From a virus, in IMG/VR virus record IMGVR_UViG_3300045988_047070: a DNA stretch of 64,000 nt; one strand, 5' to 3'. Positions 47,213 through 56,271 of this stretch are shown in pieces. A program made the position numbers and the translations under genes. The notes under the pieces were generated by a model that ran no database searches, was not told the DNA's origin, and saw only the letters and a list, made by a program, of their open reading frames with translations. The number at the start of each line of letters is the position of its first letter. Within the stretch, counting starts at the first letter, position 1.

Positions 47213-47635
47213 ATGGAAACTAAAGACATTATCACAGAAATCACCGAAGGTAGAAAAGTAAGCGAAGACATTATCAAAGCTGCAAATGAGGACATCTTAA
47301 AAGGGCGAGAGGAGAATCTCAAACAAGAGATGATCAATACTCTACAGAATTCTGAGTACAAGATCGGTTACTCAAAATTGAGACTGAAAAGAGCTCGAGC
47401 ATTTGAAGAGATAGAGAAAGAACGTCTGACAAAAGTAGGCGAGAATATGAATCGTTTAAAAGCCGGTGGTATCACTCCAGAGGATTGGGAAAAAGAGGAT
47501 GAGAAGATTGAGAAAGAAGCATCTGATAAACTGCTTGAAAAGAAAGCAGAGTTCAGCGGCTACTTGAAGCAATTGAATCGTATCTATAACGATTGTAGCT
47601 GGAGTGTTTTGAGAGATAGCTTCGACCGCTATTAA
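47213..47635 (+). CDS. hypothetical coiled-coil protein
   Basis: 140 aa, K/E-rich. Preceded by a 13-A homopolymer (47191-47203). Confidence 0.55.
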   Translation: METKDIITEITEGRKVSEDIIKAANEDILKGREENLKQEMINTLQNSEYKIGYSKLRLKRARAFEEIEKERLTKVGENMNRLKAGGITPEDWEKEDEKIEKEASDKLLEKKAEFSGYLKQLNRIYNDCSWSVLRDSFDRY

Positions 47636-48219
47636 TCAGCAATTCCGCTCTGAAGAGCTATAAGCCGAAAAGAGTAGTGGGATATGAATATAGTAGTATT
47701 TCACAACGCAAGAGATATACTTGCATTGCTTAAGATCCTTTGAGACAAAAGCAGGAAGGCGAAATTAGCATCAAGACTAAAGAGTACGAGATCCATTGAG
47801 ACAGCTAGTCCTACGTACTCATATTCATTATTTTTCAGGTTTAATTAGTAGAGAGCTATAAGCCAATAATAGTTTAGTACAGTAGTAATGCCGATCATAT
47901 AAGTCTCATCGTAGCGTTGGAGTCCATTTCAGTATTAAATGATTTATTACTACTAAAGGAACCAAAAATTAGGGTGTAAGGAGAGAGATCTCCTTACATT
48001 CACTAAATATTCACGATATAAGAACTGTGTCGTGTCTTATTAGGTTTATTGGAAACTATTAGGACGAGGGTTCGATTAAGATGGTCGAGTTTAAATTGGG
48101 TGAATTCAGGGAACGCTAAACAAAAATGCTCAGAAATGACATTTTTGCATGCCAATCCTGAGCTAAGCATGTAGTACACTACATGAAAGTGCAGAGACTA
48201 CTGGAGAACTAAAGTGTTC

Positions 48220-48744
48220 TTAATTACCAGCTAGAGCGCCCAACCCTTCATTAGAAGGTGAAGAGATAGTCCAAGATTCACGAAACTTTTTAAGTTTCTC
48301 CTCAGAAATGAGGTTCCTATGAACCATTCTGTGGCAATTAGGACATAAAGTTATTAAGTTTGTAATTTCATTTTTACCACCGTTAGATACAGGTATAATA
48401 TGATGAACATCACAAGAAGCTTTATTCCAACCGCATATTGCACAAGGTTGTAATAATAGAAAATTGTAAAATGATCTAGTAATAGCATTATTAGATTTCA
48501 TTCTTTTACGATAATCTTTTAATTTACAAGCATTCGTACAATACTTTGCTTTGGAAGATTGCGCTTCAAATTCCTGTTCACATACAATACATTTACATTT
48601 GTATTTCTTTCTATGTAAATTTCTGTATTTAGCAGCACATGAAAGTGAACAAAATTTTGCATTTCCTCTGTTTACCTCTCGTAAATCAGCTTGGAATTCA
48701 TTATTACAACATAAACATTCTTTTTTCATACAACCATAACGCAT
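48220..48744 (-). CDS. HNH endonuclease with N-terminal Cys-rich zinc-finger-like repeats
   Basis: 174 aa with CAICGWNKASCDVHHIIPVSNGGKNEITNLITLCPNCHRMVH. It is the only minus-strand gene inside the plus-strand block. Confidence 0.8.
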   Translation of the reverse strand: MRYGCMKKECLCCNNEFQADLREVNRGNAKFCSLSCAAKYRNLHRKKYKCKCIVCEQEFEAQSSKAKYCTNACKLKDYRKRMKSNNAITRSFYNFLLLQPCAICGWNKASCDVHHIIPVSNGGKNEITNLITLCPNCHRMVHRNLISEEKLKKFRESWTISSPSNEGLGALAGN

Positions 48745-49017
48745 ATGGAGATAGAATGTTCTAATAACTTAAAAGAATCTGTCCCTCCAGCTCCACGCTC
48801 ATAAGAGCTACAAGGGCAAAACAAAACTAGGGTTTTTGATCGTGTTAACCGTGCGCCAAGTTTTTAAATTTTAGAACGGTTAAAAGGGGCTGCATGGTTT
48901 TGACTAGTAGTGAAAGGTAAAATAGGTTCATTGTGTGTTTAAATGGCAATAATTTTGTCACAGACTATACTCAACTAGCAGTTGCGTAAAGTCACGTGCT
49001 AACTACGAAAGTGAGGG

Positions 49018-49083
49018 ATATCTATAGTTTAACGGTAGAACACTGATTATTCAGTAGTGTAGGTTCGAATCCTACTAGATAAC
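49018..49083 (+). ncRNA. tRNA-like element T3 with 4-nt loop in place of the anticodon loop
   Basis: Acceptor ATATCTA/TAGATAA (6 bp plus A.A at 1-72). D arm GTTT AACGGTA GAAC and T arm GTAGG TTCGAAT CCTAC. The middle arm is ACTGA TTAT TCAGT, only 14 nt. Total length 66 nt. Confidence 0.45.
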
Positions 49084-49084
49084 A

Positions 49085-49095
49085 TAAACTAAAAA
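49085..49095 (+). promoter_or_regulatory. TAAACTAAAAA leader motif
   Basis: Starts 19 nt before the ATG at 49104. Confidence 0.35.
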
Positions 49096-49103
49096 CAGTA
49101 TGG

Positions 49104-49418
49104 ATGGCAAGAGTTAGTTTTTCAGGCTATGTAGCCTATGTTAGTGAGAATCTTCCTGAATCTTGGAAAAGAGTTGGGGAGAATCATGGAGTACTTAATC
49201 AGCTGATAAGTGCAGTTGCTAAGTATTGTTACGAACACCTTTTGACAGGTCGAGAGTTAGTTATGCATTTGAAAGAGAATACACTAATTGACGCTGCAGA
49301 CTTCGAAGAAGAGCCTCAAGGGATAGATTGGTGGGTAGATTTAAGTCTAGAAGCCAATATGCTAGAATCACATGGTTGTATTCCTACATTTGCAGAAGAT
49401 GATAAGAGTACCAAGTAA
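49104..49418 (+). CDS. hypothetical protein
   Basis: 104-aa ORF. Confidence 0.55.
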   Translation: MARVSFSGYVAYVSENLPESWKRVGENHGVLNQLISAVAKYCYEHLLTGRELVMHLKENTLIDAADFEEEPQGIDWWVDLSLEANMLESHGCIPTFAEDDKSTK

Positions 49419-49818
49419 AGTAAAGTATGATCTATTTAACGTATCTTCATTTACTCAGGAATTTATATGTGCCGGAGTAAGAGATAATGTTGTTGGAATG
49501 TATAACTTTCTCAAAGAGAAAGGAGTACAGGTAAAAGACAAACAAGCTGATGATCTTAGAATTAGCAGTAGAAAAAGTATTGTGTTACTTTGCACTAACT
49601 CTAACTCTAGTAACCCATTTGGAATAATCCAATTGAAGGACTGGGGTTGGTGGAACTTCTATCATAATAAGCATAATCGTAGTAGTAAACCATTGTACTA
49701 TACGTATAACTTACCATCACAATGGCATGAAATGCTTAGGGATGGCTGTATATGGAAGGAAATGGAAGTATTTGATAAACCAGAAACGTATGAGGGTAGG
49801 AAAACGTATTTATTTTGA
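49399..49818 (+). CDS. hypothetical protein
   Basis: ORF track gives 49372-49818. I prefer the ATG at 49399 (MIRVPSK). Confidence 0.5.
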   Translation: MIRVPSKVKYDLFNVSSFTQEFICAGVRDNVVGMYNFLKEKGVQVKDKQADDLRISSRKSIVLLCTNSNSSNPFGIIQLKDWGWWNFYHNKHNRSSKPLYYTYNLPSQWHEMLRDGCIWKEMEVFDKPETYEGRKTYLF

Positions 49819-49990
49819 AAGTCCCCAAGAGAGGAAAGAGTTCTTAGCATTGCTAAGAGATGCACAAGATGTTACAGAGATAGCAACAATCATTGCTAAA
49901 ACTTACAAAAAAGATCTAATAGAGGCAATGGATATTGCTCGAGTGTATAACGAATTTATTAGGAAGGAAAATGAAAACGTTGACAACTAG
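49790..49990 (+). CDS. hypothetical small protein
   Basis: ORF track gives 49727-49990. The internal ATG at 49790 minimises overlap. Confidence 0.4.
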   Translation: MRVGKRIYFESPQERKEFLALLRDAQDVTEIATIIAKTYKKDLIEAMDIARVYNEFIRKENENVDN

Positions 49991-50396
49991 TGGAACTTAT
50001 TTAGTAACAATCAGTGGACAAGAGTACATAGCAGTAGTAATAGGAAGCGCACCTATGCTACAGGTTGCAAGAGTGTTAAACTTAACAAAGTTCATTGATA
50101 CTGGAGAGTTAGAAATCAGTACAGAAGCAAGAACTGTATTAACTGAGAAACCGTGCGAATTTAACTTCAGACAGATCGACTTGAACATCATCAGTCCGAT
50201 GCAGGAAGTAGTACAGATACCGAAGTTACCCTACACACCTAAACAGTACAAAAAATGGTTATCATTATGTGGTGATTTAGATCGTGAAAAGTTACTTACA
50301 GATATCATGCTAACAAACCCTAGCATCAGTTACGGTGAAGCTCAAACAATCATTGATCAGTTATGGAGAGACAAAAGGAACATAGTCTCACAGTAA
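49971..50396 (+). CDS. hypothetical protein
   Basis: ORF track gives 49935-50396. The ATG at 49971 is preceded by AGGAAGGAAA. Confidence 0.5.
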   Translation: MKTLTTSGTYLVTISGQEYIAVVIGSAPMLQVARVLNLTKFIDTGELEISTEARTVLTEKPCEFNFRQIDLNIISPMQEVVQIPKLPYTPKQYKKWLSLCGDLDREKLLTDIMLTNPSISYGEAQTIIDQLWRDKRNIVSQ

Positions 50397-50839
50397 ATTA
50401 TACAGATCTGTGTGATTATCTAAACGACCGTCTAGTCTTACCCTATCTACCTAAAGTAGGAGAAGACTGGAATTTATTTGGTCCAGTCATATCACAGACA
50501 TATGGACCAGACGGAGTATTCCCTAAGCAATATAATGATAAAGAATTACTAAAATGGATACAACACAGAATCCAAGTAAGGACATTATTATTATTTGTAC
50601 AAAGGAAACTCTTTACACACCTTGCCATGTTACACAATACAAGGGCAACGGATGCAGTTCAGATGCGTATTTTCGTATCTATGCTGAACAAGTTAGGACT
50701 ACCTAGAATTTATGCTGATGAAATATTTGATAATGTACATCTGCAGTATGACATTAGGAAACCTGTTTTCGAAGATTATTATCTTATGAAAATATTAGGT
50801 TTACCTTTTTGTTTTGAATCTAGGCCTTGTCCTTTTTAA
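50363..50839 (+). CDS. hypothetical protein
   Basis: 158-aa ORF. Confidence 0.5.
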   Translation: MERQKEHSLTVNYTDLCDYLNDRLVLPYLPKVGEDWNLFGPVISQTYGPDGVFPKQYNDKELLKWIQHRIQVRTLLLFVQRKLFTHLAMLHNTRATDAVQMRIFVSMLNKLGLPRIYADEIFDNVHLQYDIRKPVFEDYYLMKILGLPFCFESRPCPF

Positions 50840-50840
50840 G

Positions 50841-50867
50841 GTGTTAGGGGTTCGACTCCCCTAACAT
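50841..50867 (+). other. T-arm-like minihelix hairpin
   Basis: 10-bp stem GTGTTAGGGG/CCCCTAACAT closed by the T-loop-like heptaloop TTCGACT. It starts 2 nt after the stop codon. There is no U-run and no cloverleaf. Confidence 0.5.
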
Positions 50868-50890
50868 TCACTAAACAAGTTAGTTTGATT

Positions 50891-51454
50891 ATGAAGAGAG
50901 AAGATGAAGACCTTCTTATTCAGCAAGCTAAGCTTGGTAAGCAAGATGCTTTTACAGAGCTTTATGATCGGCATCATAAGCTTATTCGATACATTATCTA
51001 TGATATTGTAAAGAATGAAGATGTAGCAGATGACTTATTATCTGTTACCTTCACAAAAGCATTTAGTAGATTAGAATCTTATGTAAACCCTATTTCATTT
51101 GAAATGTGGTTAAAAACTATAGCAATTAACACTGCAATAGATTATATAAGATCTTCTAAGAATGAGAAACAGAATCATTATATAGATTCTGAGGACAATT
51201 ACATTCAGTTAGATAGTAACGATCTCAGTCCTGAGGAAGTTATTATGAAACAGGAAACTGTTGAACAACTGAAAGTAGCTCTACATAAATTAAGATCTAA
51301 ATATCGTAACATATTAGAATTACGATATTTCAAAGGCTTAAGTTATGAAGAACTTGCAACTGAGCTTGGCGTGCCAATAGGAACTGTAAAAAGTGACTTA
51401 AACAAAGCTAAGAAGAGATTGCGAGAATTCTTTGACAACATTAACAATAACTAA
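50891..51454 (+). CDS. ECF-type (sigma-70 family group 4) RNA polymerase sigma factor
   Basis: Region 2-like segment FTELYDRHHKLIRYIIYDIV..DVADDLLSVTFTKAF. Region 4 HTH segment LRYFKGLSYEELATELGVPIGTVKSDLNKAKKRLREF. Confidence 0.8.
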   Translation: MKREDEDLLIQQAKLGKQDAFTELYDRHHKLIRYIIYDIVKNEDVADDLLSVTFTKAFSRLESYVNPISFEMWLKTIAINTAIDYIRSSKNEKQNHYIDSEDNYIQLDSNDLSPEEVIMKQETVEQLKVALHKLRSKYRNILELRYFKGLSYEELATELGVPIGTVKSDLNKAKKRLREFFDNINNN

Positions 51455-51470
51455 CAAATACTTACACATC

Positions 51471-51854
51471 ATGACAGAAGTTGCAATCATCGCAATTATA
51501 GTCATCTTAGCTGCAATCGTTATAGGGAAGGCCAACCATAGTAACGATTTAGTTTGGAGACTATTGTTCTGTTTTAGTGTTAGCGTATGTGTGTCTATAG
51601 GTTTCCTTTACATCTTTAGCAGCAAGCCAAAAGCAAAAGCAGCTAATGTTGAGGTAATTCGTAAGGCAGGAGATTCTACTGACGCCCATGTAGTATGCTT
51701 CAACCAGATAGCAATGGCTGAAGTTACCGAACAGGATATTACAGGTCAGGAGTCATTATTATCAGAATGCCTTACATGGGCACCAGTGATGAACGTGTTA
51801 CCATTGAATAGTTTAAACTATATAATGGAACACATTATCTTTGATGACTCATAG
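51471..51854 (+). CDS. two-TM membrane protein downstream of sigma factor
   Basis: The ATG at 51471 (MTEVAIIAIIVILAAIVIG) is preferred over the TTG at 51432. A second TM segment is LLFCFSVSVCVSIGFLYIF. No anti-sigma domain recognised. Confidence 0.5.
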   Translation: MTEVAIIAIIVILAAIVIGKANHSNDLVWRLLFCFSVSVCVSIGFLYIFSSKPKAKAANVEVIRKAGDSTDAHVVCFNQIAMAEVTEQDITGQESLLSECLTWAPVMNVLPLNSLNYIMEHIIFDDS

Positions 51855-51912
51855 ATAGCGATAACACTAACAAAAACAGACAAACGAGAGAATTAGGTAC
51901 GTTCGTACCAAG

Positions 51913-51951
51913 TAATTAACATTTAAACACAATCTTTAAAACATTATCAAA
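51913..51951 (+). promoter_or_regulatory. leader element related to 41693/45084 copies
   Basis: TAATTAACATTTAAACACAATCTTTAAAACATTATCAAA immediately before the ATG at 51952. Confidence 0.35.
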
Positions 51952-53418
51952 ATGGCAAAGAATAAAGCAAAGAAAGGAGCTACTGCTCCGAAAGTAGAGA
52001 CAAAGGCAGCTGAGGAAGTAAAAGTACAAGCTGCTGTAGAAACTAAAGTAGAGGATAAGGCACCGAAGAAGCCTGCACCTCAACCTGATGTACAGCCGAA
52101 AGCTGACACAAAGGAACAAAAGAAACCTGATCCGACACCTGCTGCTGCACCTGCAGAAGGAGCAACAGGCGATCAACCAGCTGTAGTTCAACCAGAAGAG
52201 GTTAATAACGCAGCTATGCCTACGCAAGCAGAGATGTCGGCCGAGGTATTCAAAAATGCAGAATTACAGTCTATTCTCGGTAGTATTTCTCTTACTCCGG
52301 AAAGTACTATGGACGCTAACCACATGGTGTTGTTAACTCACGTAGCTACTGAACGGTTCAAAGGGAAAGATCCGAAGAATCCTGTAGTAATAGCAGCTAA
52401 CGAGATGGTTGATGACCTTACTTGTTACTGTATTGCTGTAGCTGGTATTAACATGGCAATTAACGGCAAGAAACTAGGTATGTCCGTACCTGTTAACGCC
52501 TTAGGAGCTTATGTACGAGCTATGGGATACTTTGGCATTGCATTACCGGCAGAGAAGGCTGTTCCGGATCCTAACAAGCCTGATCAGCTCCTAATTCCGT
52601 TTGAAGGAGCATCTCCTGAGACTGTTGAGACAGTTAAAGAAGAGATCAAGATGCAAAGAGGCACTAAGCCTACCATGGATCCAGCTTTGTGGAAGAGCGA
52701 TGAGGACGCTAAGAAAGCGCTTCTCTATATCCTGAGTGACACATTGTCTAAGGATAATCGTTTCTTAGTATCTACCTCTAAGTTACGTATGTACAAGATG
52801 CTGTCTGCAGAGAACAAGGAAGAGAAGGCTATGTGGGAATCAGCATCCAATGCAACCATATTTGACAATCTTTTGTCAATTCTTGGTACAGCTAAGTCTA
52901 CGTTCTTGAATGCAATTGGAGGACAAATTTATTCGTCCGCCGCTACACAGAAGAATCCGATTAAGAGTCATTTAACTCTTAAGCGTAACTTCCCGCAGTT
53001 ATCTGACGAAGATGCAGCTGAGATCATTAAGATCATAGTAAAGCACAAAGCAGCACAGAATAATCCTAATGAGCCGCTAGAGAATAACATCGCTTGGAAC
53101 GGCTTGAAAGACGGTAAACGTGAAGACTGCTTACTGTATCCTACTAAGACAACGGATGTAGACAAGGAGATTATGGGACGTCTCCAGAATGTCTATGCAG
53201 AACGTTTAGGTAGTCCAGCAGAAGCTGGTTATAACCTCCGTGCCACTAACTTAATTGTTACTATCATGAACTTGTATAAGACTTCTGGACAAATTGCGCA
53301 ACTTGTCGAGCAGAATTATACGGCTGAGGTAAACAAGGCATTAGAGGCAACGTCTGGTAAAACTGCTCCGCAAGAGGAGAAAAAAGACGAGAAGGAGGCA
53401 GAGAAACCGAAAAAATAA
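51952..53418 (+). CDS. hypothetical protein with K/P/A/E-rich disordered N-terminus
   Basis: 488-aa ORF. The antisense ORF 51916-52227 is a shadow. Confidence 0.6.
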   Translation: MAKNKAKKGATAPKVETKAAEEVKVQAAVETKVEDKAPKKPAPQPDVQPKADTKEQKKPDPTPAAAPAEGATGDQPAVVQPEEVNNAAMPTQAEMSAEVFKNAELQSILGSISLTPESTMDANHMVLLTHVATERFKGKDPKNPVVIAANEMVDDLTCYCIAVAGINMAINGKKLGMSVPVNALGAYVRAMGYFGIALPAEKAVPDPNKPDQLLIPFEGASPETVETVKEEIKMQRGTKPTMDPALWKSDEDAKKALLYILSDTLSKDNRFLVSTSKLRMYKMLSAENKEEKAMWESASNATIFDNLLSILGTAKSTFLNAIGGQIYSSAATQKNPIKSHLTLKRNFPQLSDEDAAEIIKIIVKHKAAQNNPNEPLENNIAWNGLKDGKREDCLLYPTKTTDVDKEIMGRLQNVYAERLGSPAEAGYNLRATNLIVTIMNLYKTSGQIAQLVEQNYTAEVNKALEATSGKTAPQEEKKDEKEAEKPKK

Positions 53419-53424
53419 TCAATC

Positions 53425-53814
53425 ATGAATCGGTTAACTGATTTCCTTTGGTGTGCATTATTTTCGTTTATAGCGATTATAACTGTCATCAAATTGAGCC
53501 CAAATGAGGCTAAAGCAGAGCAAAAAATGCCCGAGCTTACAATTCCAAAATTCAATCCTGTAGGTCAGTTTGACCTACAGATTGATTTAAACAAGGGAAC
53601 CGCAAACGTCACAAGCAGTAACGGAATAGGTAAAGCCAACGTAACAGTAAATCATCCTACGGAGGTAATTGAGGTTCCAAGTAAACCAATTATTAAAAAG
53701 GAGGTAAAGTATGAAACAAAAACTGAATATTTGGAGAAAGTAGTACTATTTTCTTTACCAGTACCTACATTTCACGTACCAAGTGTTCAGATTCCTAAAA
53801 GCGTAGAGAGATGA
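53425..53814 (+). CDS. N-terminally anchored/secreted protein
   Basis: 129 aa with the signal/TM segment FLWCALFSFIAIITVI. Confidence 0.5.
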   Translation: MNRLTDFLWCALFSFIAIITVIKLSPNEAKAEQKMPELTIPKFNPVGQFDLQIDLNKGTANVTSSNGIGKANVTVNHPTEVIEVPSKPIIKKEVKYETKTEYLEKVVLFSLPVPTFHVPSVQIPKSVER

Positions 53815-53906
53815 AAGCAAAAAATAGTACATTGGATAAATTAGCATTTGTAGGCTTAATTATCTTCTTTATAATGTGTTTATTCTTTGCATGGTGTATA
53901 ACATAA
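53811..53906 (+). CDS. 31-aa single-TM peptide (below ORF-track cutoff)
   Basis: ATGA coupling to the upstream ORF. Sequence MKAKNSTLDKLAFVGLIIFFIMCLFFAWCIT. Confidence 0.3.
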   Translation: MKAKNSTLDKLAFVGLIIFFIMCLFFAWCIT

Positions 53907-56271
53907 CAGTTAAAGATAAAAGCTGTCGGGTCAAACGACTCCTTACCCGTGGTAAGATGAAGGAGAGTGGTATTGTAGCTGCACACTTAAAAAGCAATAA
54001 GGCAGCGTATGTTTTATTTCGATAAGTCTGATCAACTTATGATATTACGTAGACAAAGAATACAGGATGCCGTAGGGATAGTATATATTCTCCAATATAT
54101 ACATCGAGCCAAGAGCATGATAACCTATTATGAAGTTTATTCTTTTACTTCTGAAAAGTTAATAGGAAAATGGGTCAGTGTGCAAAGCCCATAAATCTTG
54201 AGAACCGGTTGGTGAAGATTAAAAGACACGATCTAGCGCAGCAGCGACGAAGACAAACATTGCAAGGGGTTACTACATAGTAAAGAGATCCTTAAGTAAG
54301 ATCAAATGAATCCCCTTAAGAATCCGTAGGCACTATCAAGTGCGGTTTCAAGTAAGGACGAAATGTAGTTTAAAGGCAAACAAGTTCCATCTGTTTGACC
54401 TAACTTTAATAGACCGAATAGCGTCCATGACGGGTCCAAACCGTCATTAAACAAATAGCTACCTTTAGTGTTCCACTCTACAGTTGTTACTATTTTTGTA
54501 GTATAGTAATAAGGATCTAGACAACATAACATTTGGCTTAGTTATGGATGAGTGTATGAAGAAAGGGTATTTAAAATCAAGAAACTGGTAGGATATACTA
54601 AAAGCTGAGTGGCTATGGCCCATATATAATAATAGAAGAGGTAACGGACTTCTATAATTACTTATGACAGGTTATCCGGAGCAGATGCCAAGTCTGTGCT
54701 TGCAAGAGCTTATAAAGATGTTCACTAGCGTAGAAAACTAGTTAAAATAGTCTTTATAAGGGGGTACTTCAGGTGCTGGGTATTAACTACGTAGGAGTGA
54801 TACTACGTCTTTTAAGATACGCTCTAAAGGATCAGGACAGGTACGATTTTAAATAAAACTGACCGAGTTTTATGTTCAATACTAAAATCAGTATAGAGTT
54901 ATGTCAGTATAAGTCATGGAAACGAACATACGCAGGAGAATAGTGGCGAAAAGACTACCTCAACCCCTAGAGACACCGTGGCGAAGTGTATAGGGTTCGT
55001 ATAAAAAGAGAAACTCACCGCTCTGGTAAACTAAAGGTGTGAGTAAGTTTAGTTTAAGCTTTCTTTAATAGATATAACGAAAGTAGGGCTTTTTATAGTC
55101 AAGGAGCTAAATTCAAGACTAATAAAATAGTGTAATAGTAAGGGAGTATTAATAGTGCGGCTTACAATATCCTTTTGTAAGTATAAATGAACCACTTATA
55201 GTATTTATTTACTCTGGGAAGGAATTCCTATCACTGGCTCGAGAGTTAACGAGACTCTTAAACAAAAGCGGAATTAACATGTCTAACTAACGTAGGTTCA
55301 ACAACCGAATAACAAATTTGTGGATGTCCTCGCTAGGGAAACTGAATGCGACCACAACTTGGCGAATGCGATTGCTTAGTAGTATCAGGGTATAATACGC
55401 AATATTATATGTTCGAGAGAAAGCGTCTCATTGAAGCTTGTAAATCTTTAAGAGTGAACGAAAGTGAACTATTACTTATAGACCTATTTATAAGCGAGAG
55501 TAAATGAGAAGAGGTGAAAGTCCTCGATCTTCATCCAAGTAAAATAAACAAAATCCTAGTCAAGGTTACGTTGGTAGCTCTGTACTTAGTAATAAGTATA
55601 TCTAGCGTAAGAGGTAGGCGTTAGTGAATAACTATATGAGACCTATAAGTTATTACAAATAACAAAGACAAAGATGGCAATTCCTTTGATCGCCTTGCAG
55701 TTTTAGCAACGTTCTGTAAAAACGACCGGACATAACTACTTGCCCGATAAGACAGTTTTAATCATTAGTAAAGTTTATATGAATCTAGATAGGTCAATCT
55801 ATACTAGTTCTATCCCTAGGATATAGTCTTGCTAACTTATTTACTTTACTATTTTTATCTGAGTAACCAGAAAAAACGTGTTGATTATTACGGATCTTCT
55901 GTAATAGAGATTACAGAATATAGTACAGCTTGGAATCAGAACCTAGAATACTCATCGATGAGTTTCATTAGCTCTGGTCACAATGCAGTATGCGGTTCCA
56001 AAGTAAGATATGACTTAGTAAACTTATAAACCTGTCTCGTTTATAAGGAGTATACCGCAATAGCGAATTATCAAGAACGGAATTATTTTGCTTATCATAT
56101 AAATTAAAGTAAAAACATATTTGCATCTTTCCTTGCATAACTTGAATGTTACACGACCGTGGTTTTTAACCTATCTGATATAAGATGATGATAAATCGTG
56201 ACGAAACGCATAGGGAAAGATGTGAGAAAATTTTCATTAATTATTAACTTATCAAAAGGAGGAATTTAAAA
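53907..56271. other. about 2.3-kb ORF-poor, GC-elevated, hairpin-rich region (candidate structured RNA locus)
   Basis: Only three short ORFs (61-76 aa) in six frames. Sampled GC is 30/60 (55321-55380) and 25/60 (54901-54960), against 19/60 in the polymerase gene. Perfect local stems lie at 54427-54447, 55027-55056 and 55897-55918. Confidence 0.5.

Noticed and set aside
48061-48090. GGGTTCGATT, a T-loop-like sequence.
   Set aside because: The flanking bases cannot form a 5-bp T stem, and there is no acceptor pairing.
54009-54194. 61-aa ORF. The ORFs 54302-54532 (minus strand) and 55829-56029 fall in the same category.
   Set aside because: They are isolated short ORFs without leader or SD motifs, in a region where random ORFs of this size are expected. 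I did not call them as genes.
53907-56271. Idea that the ORF-free 2.3 kb is a gene written in a stop-codon-reassigned code, as in some crAss-like phages.
   Set aside because: In the frames I translated by hand (for example 54181-54450), TAA, TAG and TGA all occur within short distances, so reassigning a single stop does not open a long frame. I checked only part of the region, so the idea remains listed as a test in the finding.
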